Assembly (NCBI GenBank): GCA_034430835.1
Contig: DAOUDX010000398.1
Span: 1 to 24,000 of the forward strand
DNA from: Anaerolineae bacterium
GTDB lineage: Bacteria > Chloroflexota > Anaerolineae > B4-G1
Length of the DNA stretch: 24,000 nt
Direction: 5' to 3'
Below, piece by piece: positions 14,034-23,743 of this stretch (the first letter of the stretch is position 1; each line of letters begins with the position of its first letter). The notes under the pieces are model-generated. The model made no database searches. It was not told the origin of the DNA and saw only the letters and a program-made list of their open reading frames with translations. The position numbers were made by a program, and so were the translations under genes.

Positions 14034-15182
14034 GTGAGGATTTTGATCGCGGCCGGGATTTTTCCCCCCGAGATCGGCGGACCGGCGACCTACGTGCCGC
14101 GCATCGCCGAGGCGCTGGCCGCCCGGAGGCACGCGGTGACCGTCGTTGCGCCGCAGGATCGCGGCAGCGCGTGCCCGATTGCTGATCCGCCCTACCGCCT
14201 GGTGCGTTTCCACCGCGCCCGCGCAGTGAGATACGCCAACTTCCTCGTCGAGTCGTGGCGCGCTTTCGTCACGGTTCTGCGCGAGGCCCGGGTGTGCGAC
14301 GTGGTGTTCGTGAACGGGCTCGGCTTGCCCTCTACGCTGGCCGCTCGCTTGACGGGCAAGCCGATGGTGGTCAAGGTGGTGGGTGACGGGGCTTGGGAGA
14401 TCGCGCACAACCGAGGTTGGACAAAGCTGAACCTGGACGAGTTCCAAGAAGCACACAGCTTCCGTATTGGTCTCTCCAGGATGATGTTGCATGCAGCGGC
14501 GAGGTGTGCGCAGGCAGTGATCGCCCCCAGTTGCTACCTGGCGCGGATCGTCGAGGGGTGGGGAGTGCCTGGGAAGCAGATTCGGGTTGTGTACAATGCG
14601 ATCTCGGAGCCGGCAGTGGGCGACGGCAAGTTTCCCCTGCCAGAGGGCTTCAAGACAGGCTTCCGCTTGCTCACGGTCGGGCGACTGGTGCCCCACAAGC
14701 GTATTTCAGGCATCATCGCGGTAGCCGCGAAGATGGACGAAGCTAAGTTAGTCATCGTCGGTGATGGGCCGCAGGAACAATCCCTGCGAAGGTTGATAGA
14801 GGAACTGGCGCTGACCGATCGGGTTGTCATGACCGGGCGGCTGTCCCAAGAGCAGGTCGTGGAACTGTTGAAACGATATGCCGACGTGGTGATTCTTAAC
14901 TCAACATATGAAGGACTGCCCCACATCCTCCTGGAAGCGGCGCATCTGGGCGTGCCGATCGTGGCGACCAAGGTGGGGGGCACGCCGGAGATCGTGCGGG
15001 ATGGAGAGACGGGCCTGCTGATCCCGCCCGATTCTCCCGATGAGCTGGTGGCTGCGTTGCAGCGGCTGCAGACCGATCTGGCCTTGCGCCACCGACTGGC
15101 GGCTAACGCCAGATACGCCGTGAAACGATTTTCGTTAGAGCGAATGGCCAAGGATACAGAGCGAGTGCTTGAAGCAGTATGA
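14034..15182 (+). CDS. Glycosyltransferase family 4 (GT-B)
   Basis: GTG start. MRILIAAGIFPPEIGGPATYV N-terminus. EGLPHILLEAAHLGVPIVATKVGGTPEIVRDGETGLL (E-x7-E region). High GC like the left part of the window. Confidence 0.9.
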   Translation: MRILIAAGIFPPEIGGPATYVPRIAEALAARRHAVTVVAPQDRGSACPIADPPYRLVRFHRARAVRYANFLVESWRAFVTVLREARVCDVVFVNGLGLPSTLAARLTGKPMVVKVVGDGAWEIAHNRGWTKLNLDEFQEAHSFRIGLSRMMLHAAARCAQAVIAPSCYLARIVEGWGVPGKQIRVVYNAISEPAVGDGKFPLPEGFKTGFRLLTVGRLVPHKRISGIIAVAAKMDEAKLVIVGDGPQEQSLRRLIEELALTDRVVMTGRLSQEQVVELLKRYADVVILNSTYEGLPHILLEAAHLGVPIVATKVGGTPEIVRDGETGLLIPPDSPDELVAALQRLQTDLALRHRLAANARYAVKRFSLERMAKDTERVLEAV

Positions 15183-16354
15183 ATGTGCTCTTGCTAGGTT
15201 ATGATTCGACAGTTTTTGCAGATGCACCAACGGCCAATGACACCAAAACGCGAATGACCGACTACGCTCGTTGTCTGGATGAACTGGCCCCTGGTAGCAC
15301 TCTGACTCTGATCAGTTACACACCGCGGAGGGTGGGAGGAGCAAGAAAGGCAGCAGAGAACTTGTGGTTTGTGCCTGCCTATGCGCCCAATCCACATCTG
15401 TTTCTGCTCTCTGGCTGGCTTCAGGCGACCCGCCTACCGAAGCATCTACGACCCGATGTTGTTTCCAGCCAATCGCCCTTTGAAGATGCTGTCCTGGGGT
15501 TGTTTTTGAGCAAGCGATTCAAGGCCAAGTTCGAGGTGCAGACACATTTCGGGATCGCGTCACCTTACTGGGTTAAAGAACATGCGGTCATCAACCGTTT
15601 GCGCATCCGTTTGGCTCAATTTTGCTACGGGCGAGCGGACAAAATACGAGTTCCTTCTTCGTGGCTCAAACGGGAAATCAGCGAGCGGCTAGGAATCGAG
15701 GACAAAAAGATCCGCGTGGTAATCATACCATCTTCTTTTGCTAGCAGTGACTTTGAGTCCGAATCACGAAGCGATTCTGAGCAATGCCACCTTCCAGGCG
15801 ATCACCAGCAATATGTTTTATACATAGGCAGCCTCATCTGGCAGAAGAACATCCCCTTTCTGGTAGATATCATGAGGGAGATTTGCACGCAGCGGCCTCG
15901 AGTTGGTTTTGTCATTGCTGGCGATGGCCCTGAGCGGGAGTGGTTCGAGCGAGAGGTGAAAAGATGCCGATTAGGCGATCAAGTGCACCTACTGGGCAAG
16001 GTCCCACACCGACATATTGGCGATCTGTTTCGGCGGGCGGCCGTTCTAATCTTGCCTTCATACTACGAAGGGTTGGCCCGCGTTCAACTGGAAGCATACG
16101 CCGCCGGCGTGCCTTGTGTGAGCACTCTGGTCAGCGGTGCCGACGATGTGATTCTCGATGGAGAGACGGGGTTCATCGTCGAGGTCGATGATTTATCGAC
16201 GTTTGTTGATCGGTTGATCTGGCTGCTGGATCACCCAAGTGAGGCCAGGGAAATGGGTCTAAAAGGAAAGCAGTACGTACTGGAAAAGTATGCATATGGG
16301 CGAGCCGTGGGCGAGTTGGTGCAGGGATGGGTCGATCTTGCGAGCCAGGGGTGA
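15179..16354 (+). CDS. Glycosyltransferase family 4 (GT-B)
   Basis: ATGA overlap with the upstream gene. YYEGLARVQLEAYAAGVPCVSTLVSGADDVILDGETGFIV. First gene of the lower-GC block. Confidence 0.9.
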   Translation: MNVLLLGYDSTVFADAPTANDTKTRMTDYARCLDELAPGSTLTLISYTPRRVGGARKAAENLWFVPAYAPNPHLFLLSGWLQATRLPKHLRPDVVSSQSPFEDAVLGLFLSKRFKAKFEVQTHFGIASPYWVKEHAVINRLRIRLAQFCYGRADKIRVPSSWLKREISERLGIEDKKIRVVIIPSSFASSDFESESRSDSEQCHLPGDHQQYVLYIGSLIWQKNIPFLVDIMREICTQRPRVGFVIAGDGPEREWFEREVKRCRLGDQVHLLGKVPHRHIGDLFRRAAVLILPSYYEGLARVQLEAYAAGVPCVSTLVSGADDVILDGETGFIVEVDDLSTFVDRLIWLLDHPSEAREMGLKGKQYVLEKYAYGRAVGELVQGWVDLASQG

Positions 16355-16362
16355 CATTGGGA

Positions 16363-17448
16363 ATGAAACTGGTGATGATCACTCCTCGGGTTGATTCGTC
16401 CGACCCAGTGCATGGGTTCATTATTGGTTGGATTACGGCCCTGGCAAGACAGGTTGAATGGCTGTGGGTGATTACACCACGCGCCAGGCAAGAGCCTTTG
16501 CCAGAAAATGTCACGGTATACGAGGTTGGACGCGACTATAGCAAGGGTGAGACCGTCTTCCACGCCCTGCGCAACTTTCACCGCGTCATGCGGCACCTGA
16601 CATGCAAGGAGCCAGTGGATGGTATCTTTACCCATATGTATCCCAAGTTTGCCATTATGGCAGCGCCGTATGCGAAGCTAAAGCGGTTGCCGTTGGTGAT
16701 GTGGCACACGCACACTTATGTCAGTTGGCAACTGCGCGTGGCCGAGAAGCTGGTAGATTGCATCGTCACCGCCTCACGGGGCAGTTGCCGATTGAAGAGC
16801 GGCAAGATCCGTGTCGTAGGACATGGTATCGACACTGAGCGATTTCAGCCTCGATCATCTGATCGACGCTCCGATCATCCTTTTACCTTCCTGTCAGCTG
16901 GGCGCATTTCCCCAGCCAAGCACTACGAGGTTATTATCGAGGCCATCGCCCAACTGATGCAACAGGGGCATGCGAAACCCTTTCGCTTGCGCTTGGTTGG
17001 AGATGCGCCAACTGTGGAACACCAGTCTTACCTTCAAGAGCTGGAGCGCCTGGTTGTCTCGCGAAACCTATCAGGATGTGTGCGCTTTGAGAGTGCGATT
17101 CCTCACTCGCAAATCGTATCTGTATATCAGCAGGCAGAGGTGTTTGTCAGTGCGTCTCAAACGGGCATGGACAAGGCCATTTTGGAAGCAATGGCTTGCG
17201 CACTTGTCCCCATCATCTCCCTGCCAGATTTAGCGCCCACATTGGGTGGCTACGCTGGTTTGCTCATGTATGAACCAGGGAACACGATCGCACTGGCAGA
17301 CCGGTTGGCCAAGGTTCTAGCTATGCCTGCGGTCGAACGCGAGCAGATGGGACAAGCGCTGCGGGCAATTGTTCAATCTGCACATGACATCGACGCATTG
17401 ATGAGCAAGTTGGTTTGGTTGTTTGAAAAGCTACAGGGGAAGGCCTAA
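16363..17448 (+). CDS. Glycosyltransferase, GT-B fold (group 1-like)
   Basis: MKLVMITPRVD N-terminus. FLSAGRISPAKHYEVIIEA...VSASQTGMDKAILEAMACALVPI. ATG 16363 is preferred over 16327, which would overlap the previous gene by 28 nt. Confidence 0.8.
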   Translation: MKLVMITPRVDSSDPVHGFIIGWITALARQVEWLWVITPRARQEPLPENVTVYEVGRDYSKGETVFHALRNFHRVMRHLTCKEPVDGIFTHMYPKFAIMAAPYAKLKRLPLVMWHTHTYVSWQLRVAEKLVDCIVTASRGSCRLKSGKIRVVGHGIDTERFQPRSSDRRSDHPFTFLSAGRISPAKHYEVIIEAIAQLMQQGHAKPFRLRLVGDAPTVEHQSYLQELERLVVSRNLSGCVRFESAIPHSQIVSVYQQAEVFVSASQTGMDKAILEAMACALVPIISLPDLAPTLGGYAGLLMYEPGNTIALADRLAKVLAMPAVEREQMGQALRAIVQSAHDIDALMSKLVWLFEKLQGKA

Positions 17449-17507
17449 GAGCCTGCTTGAATTCTGTCGCGTCGGCAGAAAAGGGAAATCTCCTGCGGGG
17501 AAACCAA

Positions 17508-18767
17508 ATGAGGTTATTCTACCTATCCACATCGCGTATTCCATCTGAAAAAGCAAACACTTACCAAGTCCTGCAGATGTGCGATGCCTTCGCCGAGCAT
17601 GGTATCAAAGTCGAACTATTATATCCTTGGCGCGACAATACCCCAGAAATGGCTGCGGTTGAGAACGTGTGGAGGTATTATGGTCTACGAGAGCGCTTTA
17701 CACTGACCGCTCTCCCGACATCCGACATTCTGCATCGCACAGAGCATCTTCTTGGCCGATTCCCATCGGTGCTATTTCGAATAGGGCAGCGGGTTGCGTT
17801 CAACCTGCTGATGAGGACCTATAGGCGGTCCTTGTTGAGATACTTGCGGGATCACACTGCCGACGTTTATTATCTGAGAGATTGGCGGACTGTGTGGACC
17901 TTGGTACGAGCACGACCAGATCTAGCCGCGCGTTTTGTTTACGAAGCACATACTTTTCCCAGAGTCGGGATAGACCAACAAAGGATACGCGCAACCTTGT
18001 CGCAGATTGGAGAGATTGTTGTGATTACTCACCACCTCAAGACCCTATACAGCCAGACAGGTGTCTCGCCTGAAAAAATACTGGTTGCGCCTGACGGGGT
18101 GGATCTGGCACGGTTTAGGCAGGTAGAAGCAACGAAACAAGAATCACGTCTGCGTTTGGGACTGTCACAGGAACGCTTTGTGGTAGGCTATGTGGGACGT
18201 CTACACACGCTGGGACAGGAAAAGGGCGTCGCGCTTCTCATCGAGGCAATATCTACTCTGAAGCAAACCGATCCCTCTCTAGGTGTAGCGTTGTGTTGCG
18301 TGGGCGGGCCGGATGAAATGGCCGGACAATATCAAGCACTTGCAGATCAGCTAGGACTCGCGCCGGACGATGTTGTTTTTGTTTCCCAGGTTCCGCCAAC
18401 ACAGGTCGCGTTATATTTGAACGCCTTTGATGTGTGTGCTATGCCCTTCCCATGGACACAGCACTATGCGTATTACATGTCTCCCCTCAAGCTCTTTGAG
18501 TATATGGCAGCGGAACGGCCGATTCTTGCCACGGAGCTACCCTCTGTACAGGAGATCCTGCAGCACGAGCGCAACGCTTACTTGGTTCCACCAGACGACG
18601 CGCACGCCTTGGCCGATGGTATCCGCTGGCTGGCCACACACCGGGAGGCCGCACAGATCCTGGCACGGCAAGCTCGGATGGATGCAGAGCAGTACACATG
18701 GGTGAAGCGGGCGCAGCGAATCCTTGCAGGTGTAGACAACCCCGGAATATCCGACCATGAGAAATGA
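17508..18767 (+). CDS. Glycosyltransferase family 4 (GT-B)
   Basis: MRLFYLSTSRIPSEKANTYQVLQMCDAFAEHG. VGYVGRLHTLGQEKGV...SPLKLFEYMAAERPILATELPSVQEILQHERNAYLV. ATG 17508 is preferred over the TTG at 17457. Confidence 0.85.
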   Translation: MRLFYLSTSRIPSEKANTYQVLQMCDAFAEHGIKVELLYPWRDNTPEMAAVENVWRYYGLRERFTLTALPTSDILHRTEHLLGRFPSVLFRIGQRVAFNLLMRTYRRSLLRYLRDHTADVYYLRDWRTVWTLVRARPDLAARFVYEAHTFPRVGIDQQRIRATLSQIGEIVVITHHLKTLYSQTGVSPEKILVAPDGVDLARFRQVEATKQESRLRLGLSQERFVVGYVGRLHTLGQEKGVALLIEAISTLKQTDPSLGVALCCVGGPDEMAGQYQALADQLGLAPDDVVFVSQVPPTQVALYLNAFDVCAMPFPWTQHYAYYMSPLKLFEYMAAERPILATELPSVQEILQHERNAYLVPPDDAHALADGIRWLATHREAAQILARQARMDAEQYTWVKRAQRILAGVDNPGISDHEK

Positions 18768-19797
18768 CTCTGTGCTTTTCGCTTCCGCCTACAATCCTCT
18801 GATGGCCAGCACGAGATTCCGCGTAGCGGGTTACATACCTCTTCTGAGAGAACGAGGATGGTGCGTCGAGGTTCTATATTTCCAGCACAATGTTCCCGAG
18901 AGATTGCACATCGTGAGGACCTGGGGCCGGCTGCTACGGTTGCTCGTGATGGCTAGACGCGTTTGCATCGTCGTGTTACACAAATCCATCTTTCCAAAGA
19001 GGTTTATGGATCTGCTGTGTCAGGCGAACCCCAGAATCATATTGGATATAGACGATGCTCCGCATGTCACTATGGAGGGAGAGATCGTCGCCGAACGGAG
19101 ACAGAGGCTCAAAGAGGCTGTAGAACTGAGTCGCAGTGTGATCGTGGGCAGTCATTACCTAAAAAACCTAGTCGGAGAATTGGGCAGAGAGGCCAATTTA
19201 CTATGGACCCCGGTGAAGGTCTCCAGATATGCTAAAATCCAGAAGAAGAACCTGGCGAGAATGAATCAGACCTCCGACGTCGTCATCGGGTGGAGCGGCA
19301 GTTCCGGTTTCAATCTCTTCGTATCACCTCTTGCCAGTGTGTTCGATAGCCTCTACGAAGAATATGGCGACCGAGTACAATTGAGCGTGTGCATGGGAGA
19401 GCAGCCCGCTCTAGCGACCAAGATGCCTGTCCAGTTTGTTCCCTGGAGCTTGAAAATAGACCACGAGCACTTGTCTCAGTTCTCTATCGGAATAATGCCT
19501 TTGCCCGATAACCATCGCACGCGCGCAAAAGGCGGGTTCAAGCTTCTTCGCTACATGGCATCTGCTATACCCGTGGTAGCTTCCAACGTGGGTGAAAGTA
19601 GTTTCATCGTGAGAAACGGCTACAGTGGCATACTGGTAGATTCTATAGATGACTGGCATAGGGCACTGCGAATGCTCATAGAGAACTGTAGCCTGAGGGA
19701 ACACCTGATATCCAATGCACTGCAAGTCGTCGAGCAGAACTACGACACAGGAATTGCCCTTGCTCGCCTGTTGGACATATTCGATCAGGTGCAATGA
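18757..19797 (+). CDS. Glycosyltransferase, GT-B fold (divergent group 1-like)
   Basis: VIGWSGSSGF...RTRAKGGFKLLRYMASAIPVVASNVGESSFIVRNGYSGILV. 11-nt overlap with the upstream gene. Confidence 0.7.
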   Translation: MRNDSVLFASAYNPLMASTRFRVAGYIPLLRERGWCVEVLYFQHNVPERLHIVRTWGRLLRLLVMARRVCIVVLHKSIFPKRFMDLLCQANPRIILDIDDAPHVTMEGEIVAERRQRLKEAVELSRSVIVGSHYLKNLVGELGREANLLWTPVKVSRYAKIQKKNLARMNQTSDVVIGWSGSSGFNLFVSPLASVFDSLYEEYGDRVQLSVCMGEQPALATKMPVQFVPWSLKIDHEHLSQFSIGIMPLPDNHRTRAKGGFKLLRYMASAIPVVASNVGESSFIVRNGYSGILVDSIDDWHRALRMLIENCSLREHLISNALQVVEQNYDTGIALARLLDIFDQVQ

Positions 19798-19809
19798 GGG
19801 AAAAAAAAC

Positions 19810-20538
19810 ATGAAACCAAGTGACGATCCCGCATATCTGGATGATTACTACGCAACGCATTATGCTCACCGCAATCCACCCAGTTGTGGTTCTCCTGAAG
19901 AAAAGATGGCTTACTTTGCACGATTCTATAGAGAATATCTGCCGCTGGATACAGGTGAACCCATTTTGGAAATTGGCTGCGGCACCGGTGACCTGTTACT
20001 CTATCTCAAATCTCTCGGCTACACGCAAACTTACGGCATCGACGCATCCCGTAGTATGGTGGAACAATGTGCAAAACGAGGCCTCGAAGTCGAACTGGCG
20101 GACGGCCTGGAGTACCTGGAAAGAACTCACATCAATTTCTCGCAGGTTTTTATGCTCGATGTCATTGAACACATACCCAAGTCCCACTTAACTCATCTAC
20201 TGAACATGCTTCACGGCAACCTTCTTCCCGGAGGGACAATAGTCCTGACAACGCCAAACATGAGCAATCCTCTCAATTTGCGGAGCCGGTATGTAGATAT
20301 TACCCACACAGTAGGATTCGCCAAAGAAGCGCTAGAACAGATGCTGAGAAAGGCGGGCTTCGAGATCGTCGTGGTAAAAGGCTTGTACACACCTCACAGC
20401 AGATGGTATGCCAGGCTGCTATACGACAAGCTAATCCTGGCCCTTTTCGAGCGAGTCTTGAGGGGGACATTCCGCCTATACTACGAGATCGTGCCTGGGA
20501 AGAACCTCCTGGCGGTAGGCCGCAAATTGCTAGGCTAA
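19810..20538 (+). CDS. Class I SAM-dependent methyltransferase
   Basis: Motif I ILEIGCGTGDLLLYL, and post-I/II FMLDVIEHIP. GAGGG Shine-Dalgarno, then an A8 tract before the ATG. Confidence 0.85.
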   Translation: MKPSDDPAYLDDYYATHYAHRNPPSCGSPEEKMAYFARFYREYLPLDTGEPILEIGCGTGDLLLYLKSLGYTQTYGIDASRSMVEQCAKRGLEVELADGLEYLERTHINFSQVFMLDVIEHIPKSHLTHLLNMLHGNLLPGGTIVLTTPNMSNPLNLRSRYVDITHTVGFAKEALEQMLRKAGFEIVVVKGLYTPHSRWYARLLYDKLILALFERVLRGTFRLYYEIVPGKNLLAVGRKLLG

Positions 20539-21777
20539 GTGACTGTGGGAAAACGGATGGAACGTTTGGGAACTTGGTTGCGCACAGATATTCGCTACTT
20601 TCTAAAAGGCGGCTTGTGGCTTTCGCTTCCTATCGTCGCGAATCATCTGCTCGGTCTGATACGCTCGGTGGCATTTGCTCGTTTGACAGGACAGAGCACC
20701 TATGGTCAGTTCGGGTTTGTGAACTCGGTCGTAGGAACGCTGAGCATTCTGGCACTTCCCGGAATTGAAGTGGCGTTGACAGAGACAGTAGCGCGCGGCA
20801 ACTTGGGTTCTCTCACAGATGCTGCATGGGCCCGCGCCAGGTGGGGACTATTGAGTAGTCTGGCAATGGCTGGTGTTTCTGGGTATTACACCTACCTCGG
20901 AAAATGTGAACTGGCCGCGGCGCTTCTTGTCGCCGGTGCGTTTCTACCTTTTATCTCAGCTCTGCGGCTAGTACAAGCTTACTACAATGGCCGCAAGCTT
21001 TTCAACATGGTGGGCTTGATCAGCACGGGCACGGTGCTGACTAACACAGTAGCTGTGCTTTTGGTTCTGTGGCTGGGTAAAGGGGTGCTGTGGCTCGTCG
21101 TGGCCGTCAACGGCTCACAGCTGGTATTCTACTTTGTCTTTTACACGCTTGCTGCCCGACATGCCAGAAGAGGGAGCAGAGACCCGGCAATGGTTGCATA
21201 TGGTCGTTCCCTCACTTTTTCTCAAGCCATTAGCTCGGTGGCCTTTTACCTGGATGGTGTGATCTTGGGACTTACAGCCAGCTTTGAGGACGTGGCAATC
21301 TATACCGTTGCATCCTTCTTACCCGAGAGTCTCAAGGGCTTTGTGAAAACACTGACTCCCCTGGCCATGCCCAAGATAGCTGAGCAACCGGGTAAGCGCG
21401 TGTATTCCCCACAAACTATGACGCGTCTACTTTTTCTACTGATTCTTAACTTACTTGTCGTACTTGTGGCAATTCTGGCTATCCCGACCATTCTAGCGTT
21501 TTTCTATGGGGAACTATATGCTGCTTCGCGAACTTATGCTCAGTTGCTCATGTTGTCCTTGGTCGCAGGTTGGCCTAGTTCTTTCTTTGATGCTGCCCTA
21601 CAGGCACGCAAGCGTACTCGAGATATATACTGCTTCAACCTCATCTATGGTGCGTTGCAGGTAAGCTCGCTAATAATCTTTGTGCCGTTATGGGGTATTC
21701 TGGGTATCGTGCTCAGCCGTATCGTCACCCGGCTAGGAGCTACGCTGTATCAGTGGTATGCGGTCACCAAGATCTAG
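20539..21777 (+). CDS. Polysaccharide flippase (Wzx-like, MOP superfamily), polytopic membrane protein
   Basis: ~412 aa with about 12 hydrophobic segments. N-terminus ...LWLSLPIVANHLLGLIRSVAFARLTGQSTYGQF is typical of oligosaccharide flippases. The start is uncertain (GTG 20539 or ATG 20557). Confidence 0.75.
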   Translation: MTVGKRMERLGTWLRTDIRYFLKGGLWLSLPIVANHLLGLIRSVAFARLTGQSTYGQFGFVNSVVGTLSILALPGIEVALTETVARGNLGSLTDAAWARARWGLLSSLAMAGVSGYYTYLGKCELAAALLVAGAFLPFISALRLVQAYYNGRKLFNMVGLISTGTVLTNTVAVLLVLWLGKGVLWLVVAVNGSQLVFYFVFYTLAARHARRGSRDPAMVAYGRSLTFSQAISSVAFYLDGVILGLTASFEDVAIYTVASFLPESLKGFVKTLTPLAMPKIAEQPGKRVYSPQTMTRLLFLLILNLLVVLVAILAIPTILAFFYGELYAASRTYAQLLMLSLVAGWPSSFFDAALQARKRTRDIYCFNLIYGALQVSSLIIFVPLWGILGIVLSRIVTRLGATLYQWYAVTKI

Positions 21778-21785
21778 GAGGCGTT

Positions 21786-23723
21786 GTGTGCGGCATCTGT
21801 GGCATCAGAGAGTGCGACGATAAACCCGTCGACGACAAAATGCTCGTGACGATGTGCAACTTGATTGCACATCGTGGGCCGGATGATGAGGGTTATTACA
21901 TCGCCCCCGGTATCGGCCTGGGTAACCGGCGATTAAGCGTTATCGACCTGGCAACAGGACATCAGCCTATTCACAACGAAGACGAAACCGTGTGGATCAT
22001 CTTCAATGGAGAGATATACAATCACCTGGAGGTACGTGCGAGACTGGAACAGGTCGGCCATCACTATTATACTCAGAGCGATACCGAGACAATCGTCCAT
22101 GCCTATGAGGAGTATGGGCTGGAGTTTGTTAACCATCTCATCGGTATGTTCGCCTTCGCTTTGTGGGATGCTCGCCAGCAGACGCTCATCTTGGCGCGTG
22201 ACCGTCTGGGTCAGAAACCATTGTACTACACCGTGCATAACAACCGCTTACTGTTTGCATCCGAAGTCAAGGCCATCTTGGCTGATAGAAATGTGCCCCG
22301 CCAGGTTGATGGTAGCGCGCTTTCCTTGTACTTGTCTCTGAGCTATGTGCCATCCCCCCGTACCATGTTCGCAGACATTCAAAAGCTGCCGCCGGCACAC
22401 TTGCTCATCTGCAAGGACGGTCAGTTATCCACTCGGCGCTATTGGCAAGCAGTGTATCAGCCTGACCCCAGTCTGGATGAGCACACTTGTATTGAGCAAT
22501 TGCGAGTCAAACTTCTTGGGGCTGTCCGTAGGCGATTGCTGAGCGACGTGCCATTGGGAGCCTTCCTAAGTGGAGGGATCGACTCCTCAACTGTGGTTGG
22601 GTTGATGAGCCGTCTTGCGAGCAGTCCGGTCAAGACCTTCTCAGTGGGTTACGACGCAGACGTAGGTGGATCCGGCAAGTTCAACGTAGACGCCGAATAC
22701 GCCAAAATTGCCGCTCGACATTTCGGCACGGAGCATTACGAAGTCATCATCAAGCGTGCCGACGACCTTCCCACATTGCTGAAACGTCTGATCTGGCAAA
22801 TCGACGAACCACTCGCTAATCCCACACTGGTGCTGTACTACATAGTGTCACAGTTTGCTCGTCAGAGAGTAACAGTAGCCCTGGCTGGGGATGGAGCCGA
22901 TGAGCTATTCGCTGGATATCGCCGTTATCACACTGACTATGTACTAGCCTCCTCATATTATCGATTGCCCAGTGAGCTACGGCAGGTTGCATCCAAAATC
23001 GCGTCGCATCTGCCTGTGCCACGCAAGGTCAAGACACTGACCATTCAACTAGGCGGCCATACGGAGCCTTACCGGCGGTATCTGTTCTGGTGGGACTTTT
23101 TTAAGACAGAAGAGCGTATGCGTGTCCTCGCGGATCGTGATGCTCCAAACCAACTATTCGCCGAAGCGATCAACACGCACCTCGTGGGGCCTTATGCCGA
23201 CGGCCACTCTTTTGACTCGTTCACCGCACGGATGACCTTGACCGATCTGAGCCTCTGGATTGCGGACCTATCCAACATGCTAGTAGACAAGATGAGTATG
23301 TTGGCTTCTCTGGAGGTTCGTTCACCTTTCCTTGACCACGAGTTAGTCGAGTTCATCCAAACCATTCCCTTTAACCTGAGGTTCAAGCCCAGGCTGAGAC
23401 AGTGGTGGCTGGGCAGTAAGTTCATCCTGAGAAAAGCTTTCCACGACCTTCTTCCGTGTGAGGCTCTAGAACGCCCGAAATGGGGATTCCTGGGCCCCGC
23501 TTCTAAATGGTTACGCACCGAGTTGCGTCCAATGGCGCTGGACCTTCTGTCGCCGGAGGCCCTGAGTAGAAGTGGTTTCTTCGATGCCGGCTATGTCAAC
23601 ACCCTGCTCCAGGAACATCTGGATGGAACGAGGTACAATCTTCAAAAGGTCTGGACACTGTTGGTCTTCCAGTTGTGGCACGAAATATACATTCAACAGA
23701 ACTCAGCATATGTACCGACGTAG
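21786..23723 (+). CDS. asnB: Asparagine synthase (glutamine-hydrolysing) family amidotransferase
   Basis: GTG start giving (M)CGICGI with the nucleophilic Cys2, and GGAGG 5 nt upstream. RGPDDEG, NGEIYN, SDTE, and the PP-loop FLSGGIDSS. Confidence 0.9.
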   Translation: MCGICGIRECDDKPVDDKMLVTMCNLIAHRGPDDEGYYIAPGIGLGNRRLSVIDLATGHQPIHNEDETVWIIFNGEIYNHLEVRARLEQVGHHYYTQSDTETIVHAYEEYGLEFVNHLIGMFAFALWDARQQTLILARDRLGQKPLYYTVHNNRLLFASEVKAILADRNVPRQVDGSALSLYLSLSYVPSPRTMFADIQKLPPAHLLICKDGQLSTRRYWQAVYQPDPSLDEHTCIEQLRVKLLGAVRRRLLSDVPLGAFLSGGIDSSTVVGLMSRLASSPVKTFSVGYDADVGGSGKFNVDAEYAKIAARHFGTEHYEVIIKRADDLPTLLKRLIWQIDEPLANPTLVLYYIVSQFARQRVTVALAGDGADELFAGYRRYHTDYVLASSYYRLPSELRQVASKIASHLPVPRKVKTLTIQLGGHTEPYRRYLFWWDFFKTEERMRVLADRDAPNQLFAEAINTHLVGPYADGHSFDSFTARMTLTDLSLWIADLSNMLVDKMSMLASLEVRSPFLDHELVEFIQTIPFNLRFKPRLRQWWLGSKFILRKAFHDLLPCEALERPKWGFLGPASKWLRTELRPMALDLLSPEALSRSGFFDAGYVNTLLQEHLDGTRYNLQKVWTLLVFQLWHEIYIQQNSAYVPT

Positions 23724-23743
23724 CACACATCTAGATTGATCGA

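Noticed and set aside
13423-14037. 204-aa plus-strand ORF and the 137-aa minus-strand ORF (13339-13752) overlapping the MarR-like gene
   Set aside because: They are off-frame or antisense to a recognisable winged-helix protein. The 204-aa ORF would begin inside a terminator hairpin and read through the promoter.
19801-19808. A8 homopolymer between the Shine-Dalgarno and the ATG of the methyltransferase, as a phase-variation switch
   Set aside because: It is a single short tract outside coding sequence, and there is no evidence of length heterogeneity from one sequence. It was noted only as a possible spacing element.
21690-21785. Upstream extension of the AsnB ORF into the flippase gene
   Set aside because: Ntn amidotransferases require Cys directly after the initiator Met. 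The GTG at 21786 with GGAGG 5 nt upstream gives (M)CGICG.
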